A stretch of DNA of 64,000 bases from an uncultured beta proteobacterium (GTDB lineage Bacteria > Pseudomonadota > Gammaproteobacteria > Burkholderiales > Casimicrobiaceae): contig CAWESK010000024.1 in NCBI GenBank assembly GCA_963811685.1, forward strand, positions 145,460 to 209,459, written 5' to 3'. The number at the start of each line of letters is the position of its first letter. Position 1 is the stretch's first letter. Position numbers and translations under genes: made by a program. The notes under the pieces were generated by a model that saw nothing but the letters and a program-made list of their open reading frames with translations, did no database searches and was not told where the DNA came from. Shown one piece after another: positions 57,931 to 64,000 of the stretch.

Positions 57931-59337
57931 CGCGAGGCCACCGACGACGCGCGCCGCTTCAGCACATAGCCGTCGGCCCGGTCCTCCATCTCCCATCCGC
58001 TGCCGGCGAGCTCGCCGCGCAGCCGATCGGCCTCGGCCCAGTTCTTCGCCTTGCGCGCCGCCGATCGGGCGTCGGCCAGCGCGCGCACCGCATCGGGGAC
58101 CGCTTCGACCTTCGGTTCCCACGCGGCAAGCTCGAGCCCGAAGACACGGTCGAACAAGAGGAGCGTGGCACGCTTCACCGCCGCCGGCAGATCGCCGCGC
58201 AGCGCCTCCCACGCCACGGCGAGCGCGCGCGGGACATTGAGGTCGTCGTTGATGTCGTTGGTGAAGCGCAGGACGAGCGCGGCATCGGGCTCCGCCGCTC
58301 CGGCGTCGCGCAGCGCATGGACGCCGTTGCGCATCCGATCGAGTGCGATCGCGGCCGCATCGAGGGCGTCCCAGGTGAAATTGAGCTGCCCGCGGTAATG
58401 GGCGGTGAGGCAGAGGTAACGGAACGCGAGCGGATCGTAGCCGCGCTCGATCAGCGAGTCGACGCGCAGGAACTCGCCTGCCGACTTCGCCATCTTGGCG
58501 TCGTTCTGGAGCAGGAAATACCCGTGCATCCAGAAATTGGCGAGGCGCGTGCCGACCCGCGCCTCGGTCTGCGCGATCTCGTTCGTGTGGTGGACCGGGA
58601 TATGGTCCTCGCCGCCGCAGTGGATGTCGAAGATAGTCGCCGAGGTATTTCTGCGCCATCGCCGAGCACTCGATGTGCCAGCCGGGAAAGCCCTTGCCCC
58701 AGGGGCTGTCCCACTCCATCTGCCGCTTCTCGCCGGCGGGCGAGAACTTCCACAGCGCGAAGTCGGTGACGTGGCGCTTTTCGCCGAGCTCGACGCGCTT
58801 GCCCGCTTCCAGTCCCTTGATGTCGAGCCGCGCGAGGTAGCCGTAGTCGTTCTGCTTCGCGGTGTCGAAATAGATGCCGTCGGAGGTCCGGTACGTGTAG
58901 CCGTTCTTCTCGAGGTCGACGATGAACTCGATCTGCTCGCGCAGGTGGTCGGTCGCCTTGCACAGCACCGTCGGCGCCTCGATGTCGAGGCGCTCCATGT
59001 CGACCAGGAACGCGTCGGTGTAGAGCTGCGCGATCTCCCAGGCGGACTTGCCGGTACGCCGGCTGCCCTTCTCCATCTTGTCCTCGCCGGTGTCGGCGTC
59101 GGACGTGAGATGGCCGACGTCGGTGATGTTCATCACGTGCTTCACCGAAAAGCCGTTCCACTCGAGCACGCGACGCAGCGTGTCGACGAACATGAACGTC
59201 CGGAAGTTGCCGATGTGCTGATAGTCGTAGACGGTCGGGCCGCACGCATAGAGGCCCACATCGCCATCGGGGTGCAGCGGCACGAAGGGGCGCAGCGAGC
59301 GCGTGTAGTTGTCGTAGAGCGTCAGCGGGTTGGGCAT
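57927..59337 (-). pseudogene. cysS: Cysteine--tRNA ligase with a single +1 frame disruption
   Basis: N-terminal frame: [12 protein letters not shown]...[12 protein letters not shown]...[17 protein letters not shown]-terminal frame: [24 protein letters not shown]...[15 protein letters not shown]... The span is 1411 nt (3n+1). The change is at about 58631 (GAC TAT c TTC GAC). Confidence 0.85.
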
Positions 59338-59357
59338 GGGCTTCTAAGGAACGCCGA

Positions 59358-59867
59358 TCAGATCGGCTTCGCCATTACGTAGTCATCCATCACGAAGCCG
59401 CCGCCGATGTCGACGACGACCGCTTCGCGAATCGCGAATCCGTGCCTCTCGTAGGCGCGGATCGCCTGCGTGTTGTTCTTGTTGACGTTGAGCATCAGCG
59501 TGCGCGCGCCGGCGGCACGGGCATGACCTTCGACGCACGCGATCAGCCGGCCGCCGATGCCGCCCCGCTGCCGTGACTGCAGCACGTAGAGCTTGTCGAG
59601 CTTCGCCTCCGCCGGGCGCTCGGTGACGTACCACGCCGCGAAGCCCGCGATTTCGCCGTCGACCGACGCGAGCTCGAGCCCGCGGTCGGGAGCCTCGAGA
59701 AAGCCCCCGAGCGTGGCGAGCGCGTAGCCGCGTTCCAGCATGTAGTCGATCTGCTCGTGCGTGATGATGCTGGAGTAGTGGGCGCGCCAGATGACCGCCG
59801 CCAGCCGCTGGACTTCCGGCAGCTCATCGTGCCGCGCACGGTTGATGGCGATCTCGGGTTCGGGCAC
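59358..59867 (-). CDS. GNAT-family N-acetyltransferase
   Basis: The proposed GTG start at 59867 gives 169 aa. Acetyl-CoA motif LYVLQSRQRGGIGGRLI and ..AYERHGF. Confidence 0.7.
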   Translation of the reverse strand: MPEPEIAINRARHDELPEVQRLAAVIWRAHYSSIITHEQIDYMLERGYALATLGGFLEAPDRGLELASVDGEIAGFAAWYVTERPAEAKLDKLYVLQSRQRGGIGGRLIACVEGHARAAGARTLMLNVNKNNTQAIRAYERHGFAIREAVVVDIGGGFVMDDYVMAKPI

Positions 59868-60028
59868 GGACGCGATACGAGGTAGCGGTGGCCGTCGAGG
59901 ATAGCATGTGCCGCGAGTGGCGAGCCGGGGCCCGACGGCGCGAAGCGACGCGGTAGAATTACGCCCGCGTCGGCCGGGGAATTCGGCGCGCGGCGCTCCG
60001 TCCACTCCCCGCTCAATCCCGCACTCCG

Positions 60029-61729
60029 ATGTCCTGGCCCTCGACCCTGCCCTCGCGCGCCGTGCTCTGCGCCGTGTTCGCCGCGGTTGCGGTGCTCTGG
60101 TTCGCGAACCTCGGCAGCCGCGACCTCCTTCATCCGGACGAAGGGCGCTACGCCGAGATCGCGCGTGAAATGTCGGTGACGGGCGACTGGGTGACGCCGC
60201 GCCTCAACGGCCTCAAGTATTTCGAAAAGCCGCCGCTGCAATACTGGATCACCGCGGGCGCCTATCGGCTGTTCGGCATCCACGAATGGACCGCGCGGCT
60301 GTGGCCGGCGGCGGCCGGGCTGCTCGCGGTCCTCGCGATCGGCATCGCCGGTCACGCACTTGGCGGCGTCGCGCTCGGCACGTTCGCCGCGCTCGCGCTC
60401 GCGGGCACGCTGTGGCATGCGGGAATGGCGCAGATCGTCTCGCTCGACTCGGGGCTCGCGTTCTTCCTGACACTTGCATTTGCCGGACTCGTGATCGCGC
60501 AACGCCCGGGGACCGGCGCCGACACGCGGCGCCGATGGATGCTGATCGCCTGGGCGGCGATGGCGGGCGCCACGTTGTCCAAGGGCCCCATCGGCATCGT
60601 GCTGCCGCTGGGTGCGCTCGTCGTCTACTCGCTCATCAACCGCGATTTCGAGGTCTGGCAACGACTGCACCTCACGTCCGGACTGCTGCTCTTTCTCGTC
60701 CTGACCGCGCCGTGGTTCATCGCGGTGACGCGCGCCAACGGCGAGTTCCTGCGGTTCTTCTTCGTGCACGAGCACTTCGAGCGATTTCTCACCGAGGAGC
60801 ACCAGCGCACGGGATCGTGGTGGTACTTCATCCCGCTGGCCGCCGCCGGCAGCCTGCCGTGGCTCGTCGTGCTCGCCTTCGGCGTGCGCCGGCTGTGGCG
60901 CGACGGCGGCGCCGCGAAGGGCACTTTCTCGTGGCGGCGCCTGGCGCTCGTGTGGGCGGCGTTCGTCTTCGTGTTCTTCAGCCTCTCCGGGTCGAAGCTT
61001 CCCTCGTACATCCTGCCGATGTTCGCGCCGCTCGCCCTCGTGGCCGCTGACCTGCTGCTGCGGCAGGACCCGCGCGCGCTCGCCCGGCAGGCGCTCCCCG
61101 GCGCCGTCGTCATCGGCATCGTCGCGCTGGGATTGCTCGTCGGCTACGGCCGCATCGTCGCGCGCCTGGCCGAGGGTCCCCAACCCGTGGAAATCCTCGA
61201 AGCCTACGGGCCCTGGCTCAAGGCCGCGGCCGTCGTCGCTGCGGTGGGCGCGGGTGCTGCCGTCGTCGCCTTTCGCCGCGCTGCGACGGCGCCGGCCCCG
61301 CTGGGCCGATTCATCGGCGCCGCGTCGCTCGCGCTCTCCACGTTCGCCGCCGTTGTGATCGCCGTGGCCGGGTTCGACGCGTTCAGCCCGACGCGCTCGA
61401 CATCGGCTATCCTGCGCACGGCGCAAGCCGCGGCGCCGTTCGCGCCCGGCGTCCCCTTCTATCAGATCGCGATGTACGACCAGACGCTCCCCTTCTACCT
61501 CGGCCGCACGACGACGCTCGTCGGCTACCGGGACGAGCTCGCCCTCGGGATCGACGCCGAGCCCGATCGCCAGATCCCGAAGATCGCGACATGGATCGAC
61601 CAGTGGCGGCAGCTCGACGCGGGGTACGCCGTTTTGCTCCCGACCGACTACGAGCGGCTTGCGGCCGACGGCGTCCCGATGCGCGTTCTCGCGCGCGATT
61701 CGCGCCGCGTGATCGTGAGCAGGAAATAA
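60029..61729 (+). CDS. arnT: ArnT-like glycosyltransferase family 39 (4-amino-4-deoxy-L-arabinose / dolichyl-phosphate-mannose-type transferase)
   Basis: 566 aa, polytopic, with the N-terminal motif LLHPDEGRYAEIAREM...LKYFEKPPLQYW. Confidence 0.8.
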   Translation: MSWPSTLPSRAVLCAVFAAVAVLWFANLGSRDLLHPDEGRYAEIAREMSVTGDWVTPRLNGLKYFEKPPLQYWITAGAYRLFGIHEWTARLWPAAAGLLAVLAIGIAGHALGGVALGTFAALALAGTLWHAGMAQIVSLDSGLAFFLTLAFAGLVIAQRPGTGADTRRRWMLIAWAAMAGATLSKGPIGIVLPLGALVVYSLINRDFEVWQRLHLTSGLLLFLVLTAPWFIAVTRANGEFLRFFFVHEHFERFLTEEHQRTGSWWYFIPLAAAGSLPWLVVLAFGVRRLWRDGGAAKGTFSWRRLALVWAAFVFVFFSLSGSKLPSYILPMFAPLALVAADLLLRQDPRALARQALPGAVVIGIVALGLLVGYGRIVARLAEGPQPVEILEAYGPWLKAAAVVAAVGAGAAVVAFRRAATAPAPLGRFIGAASLALSTFAAVVIAVAGFDAFSPTRSTSAILRTAQAAAPFAPGVPFYQIAMYDQTLPFYLGRTTTLVGYRDELALGIDAEPDRQIPKIATWIDQWRQLDAGYAVLLPTDYERLAADGVPMRVLARDSRRVIVSRK

Positions 61730-61730
61730 G

Positions 61731-62102
61731 ATGAGCGCGACGGCCTTCGCGTTGCTGCTGACGGGTGTCCTGCTGAACGCCGGCGCCCAGCTGCTGTTGA
61801 AGGCGGGCACCAATGCGCTCGGCGTCCTGACGCTGTCGCGCGACACGTGGCCCGACACGCTGATGCGAATGGCGACGCAAGGCCACTTCGTCCTCGGCGC
61901 CGCGTGCTACGTGCTGTCGCTCTTCGTCTGGATCCTGGGCCTGTCGCGGGTGCCGGTCTCGGTCGCCTATCCGCTGCTGTCGATCGGCTACATCGTCAAT
62001 GCGATCGCTGCGCATTACCTCTTCGGCGAGGATGTCACGACGACGCGGTGGCTCGGCATCGGCTTCATCGTCGTGGGCGTATGGCTGGTCGCCAAGAACT
62101 GA
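61731..62102 (+). CDS. Small EamA/SMR-like membrane protein (ArnE/ArnF-like flippase subunit)
   Basis: 123 aa with four TM segments, located between arnT and arnB. Confidence 0.65.
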   Translation: MSATAFALLLTGVLLNAGAQLLLKAGTNALGVLTLSRDTWPDTLMRMATQGHFVLGAACYVLSLFVWILGLSRVPVSVAYPLLSIGYIVNAIAAHYLFGEDVTTTRWLGIGFIVVGVWLVAKN

Positions 62103-62109
62103 CGCCGCG

Positions 62110-63250
62110 ATGAGCGCGCTTCCCTATCTCAAGTTCGCCGGCCCGGTGCTCGACGAGGCGACGATCGCCGGCGTCGGCGACGTGCTGCGCTCCGGCCACA
62201 TCGCCAGCGGTCCCTGGGTGCGCCGGTTCGAGGAATCCCTTTCGCAATTCTGCGATGGCCGGCCGGTGCGCGTGCTGACGTCGGCGACTGCGGCCGTGGA
62301 AGTCGCGCTGCAGGTCGCCGGCATCGGCCCCGGAGACGAGGTGATCACCTGCGCCCAGAGCTTCTTCACCGTCCTCAACATGATCGTCAAGGTCGGCGCA
62401 ACACCGGTGTTCGTCGACTGCGACCTCGTGACGCGCAACCTCGACCTCGCCGCGGTCGAGGCCGCGATCACCCCGCGGACGAAGGCGATCATGCCGACGT
62501 ACTGGCCCGGATCGCTGCCCGACCTCGAGGCCCTCCACGCGCTCGCCCGGACGCGCGGCCTGCGGGTGATCGAGGACGCCGCGCTGGTGATGGGCTCGCA
62601 GTGGCGGGGCCGCAACGTCGGCGCCGTCGGCGACCTCGTCACCTTCAGCTTTCATCCGAACAAGAACATCACGTCGATCGAAGGCGGGGCGCTCGTGCTG
62701 AAGGACGACGCCGAAGCGGCGCGCGTCGAGGCGCTGCGCTTCCACGGCATCGTCTACCTCGCCGACCGGACGCGCGACGTCGCGTTTCCCGGCGGCAAAT
62801 TCAACATGCCCGACGTCAACGCGCGCATCGGATTTGCGCAGTTGCAGCAGCTGCCGGAATTCCTGCGCGTTCGGCGGGCGCTGGCCGAGCGGTATTTCGA
62901 GGCGCTTCGCCACCGATCCGGCGTGCGTGCTGCCGCCGCACCCGCACTCCGGGGACGGCCAATCGTGGAACATGTGGAGCGTGCTGCTGCCGCTGCCGCA
63001 ACTCGCGCGCGACCGCCGGCAATTGCGCGACGCGCTCGAGGCGCGCGGCGTGGGCACCGGTGTATCGTACGAGGCGCTGCACCTGTCGACGCTGGGGCGC
63101 GCGCACGGCGGCAGGGAGGGCCAGTTTCCCAACGCGGAACGCATCGCGCGCGAGACCGTGACGCTGCCGCTGCATGCGGCGATGAGCGCCGCAGACGTCG
63201 ACCGCGTCTGCGGCGCCGTCGCGGATATCATCGCGGGAGCCCGGGCCTGA
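62110..63250 (+). pseudogene. arnB: DegT/DnrJ/EryC1-type aminotransferase (ArnB-like) with one frame change
   Basis: N-terminal frame up to ..RRALAERYFEAL, including FSFHPNKNITSIEGGA (PLP lysine). C-terminal frame from ATDPACVLPPHPH...VTLPLHAAMSAADVDRV. The change is at about 62908. Confidence 0.8.
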
Positions 63251-63278
63251 CAGCCGTTCCGGCGTGACAGCCATCACA

Positions 63279-64000
63279 ATGACAACTGGCTTGCAGCTTT
63301 CGGTCGTGATCCCGGTCTACAACGAGGAGGCCGGGCTGCCGGCGCTATTCGCGCGCCTCTATCCGGCGCTCGACGCGCTGGATCTCGCCTACGAGGTCAT
63401 TTTCGTCAACGACGGCAGCCGCGATCGCTCGGCGGCGCTCCTGCGCGAGCAATGGCAGCGTCGCCGCGACGTCACGCGAGTGGTGCTCTTCAATGCGAAC
63501 TACGGCCAGCACACGGCGATCGTCGCCGGCTTCGAGCGCTGCCGCGGCGAGCGGGTGGTGACGCTCGACGCCGACCTGCAAAATCCACCCGAGGAGATCG
63601 CGAAGCTCTTGGCCGCGATGGACGCCGGACACGATTACGTCGGCGGCGTGCGGCGCACGCGCGAGGATTCGCTGTGGCGCCGCATGGCGTCGCGCGCGAT
63701 GAACCGGCTGCGCGAGCGCATCACGCGAATCAGGATGACCGACCAGGGCTGCATGCTGCGCGCGTACAGCCGCGAGATCGCCGTCGCCGTCGCGGCGAGC
63801 CGCGAGGTCAGCACGTACATTCCGGCGCTTGCCTACACGTTTGCCTCGAATCCGACCGAGGTCGAGGTCGCGCACGAGGAGCGCGCGGCGGGCGAATCGA
63901 AATATTCGGTCTACAAGCTGATCCGCCTCAACTTCGACCTCATCACCGGCTTTTCGCTGGTCCCGCTGCAGGCGTTCTCGATGTTCGGAATGCTGGTGTC
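63279..64000 (+). CDS. arnC: Undecaprenyl-phosphate 4-deoxy-4-formamido-L-arabinose transferase-like GT2 (ArnC-like); 3' end lies outside the window
   Basis: Hand-translated; it is absent from the ORF track because it has no stop inside the window. Sequence: MTTGLQLSVVIPVYNEEAGLP...VNDGSRDRS...LDADLQNPPEEI... Confidence 0.8.
   Translation, partial: MTTGLQLSVVIPVYNEEAGLPALFARLYPALDALDLAYEVIFVNDGSRDRSAALLREQWQRRRDVTRVVLFNANYGQHTAIVAGFERCRGERVVTLDADLQNPPEEIAKLLAAMDAGHDYVGGVRRTREDSLWRRMASRAMNRLRERITRIRMTDQGCMLRAYSREIAVAVAASREVSTYIPALAYTFASNPTEVEVAHEERAAGESKYSVYKLIRLNFDLITGFSLVPLQAFSMFGMLV

Noticed and set aside
58620-58640. Programmed +1 ribosomal frameshift in cysS
   Set aside because: There is no prfB-like CUU-UGA or other slippery motif, no upstream SD-like stimulator and no downstream structure at the site. 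The window contains many other single-base indels, so an indel is more parsimonious.
1-64000. Mobile elements, prophage, genomic island borders or defence systems
   Set aside because: I found no transposase, integrase, recombinase, restriction-modification, toxin-antitoxin or cas-like ORF. No long direct or inverted terminal repeats are present. The single tRNA-Leu sits in its conserved secG-nuoA position without an adjacent integrase.

Overview
GC-rich, gene-dense chromosomal segment with betaproteobacterial (Burkholderiales-like) synteny: tpiA-secG-tRNA-Leu-nuoA..N. Nearly all genes lie on the minus strand. In transcription order (high to low coordinates) the minus strand carries these units. 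(1) GNAT, cysS and a FAH-family gene. (2) Three tandem paralogous small membrane-protein genes. (3) Acyl-CoA synthetase and enoyl-CoA hydratase. (4) yjcH-actP (acetate permease). (5) A cNMP/CBS/DUF294 nucleotidyltransferase. (6) A small membrane ORF, a solute-symporter-domain sensor kinase, a stand-alone receiver and a TM-HAMP-PAS-pseudokinase-DEDDh exonuclease. (7) A five-gene Liv-type branched-chain amino-acid ABC transporter. (8) A MORN/YwqK-like protein and a Tat-signal FAH protein. (9) A Dpp/Opp-type peptide ABC transporter plus an N-formylglutamate-amidohydrolase-family gene. (10) tpiA-secG-tRNA-Leu(GAG). (11) The complete nuo operon, with two oddities described below. (12) lutA-lutB-aminotransferase-lutC and a RibD_C/DHFR-like gene. 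(13) A MASE1-PAS hybrid histidine kinase and a SnoaL-like gene. The plus strand carries a transporter 3' end, a secreted LamG/DUF1080-like protein, an MFS transporter, a PduO-type adenosyltransferase, an ECF sigma / RskA-type anti-sigma pair, and arnT-arnE/F-arnB-arnC. I saw no rRNA, CRISPR array, IS element, integrase or phage gene. Main second-look items follow. (a) A 147-nt in-frame insert between nuoC and nuoD encodes a 44-codon leader ORF. The leader repeats the first 11 NuoD codons with synonymous changes only, and it ends inside a long hairpin that buries the nuoD SD and AUG. (b) A secreted DUF4019 protein gene is translationally coupled inside the nuo operon between nuoD and nuoE. (c) The ECF sigma/anti-sigma pair sits next to three divergent paralogous MNRYQP-type small membrane proteins. 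Each paralog has its own GAATCC-N17-CATC promoter-like box. (d) A sharply bounded 10.4-kb block (35.7-46.2 kb) holds about 30 single-nucleotide frame disruptions, while the neighbouring 30 kb holds none. Isolated frameshifts also occur in cysS, arnB, an enoyl-CoA hydratase gene and the MASE1 domain of the kinase. Whether these indels are assembly errors or real gene decay cannot be decided from the sequence alone. All coordinates of frame changes are my manual estimates (about +/-10 nt).
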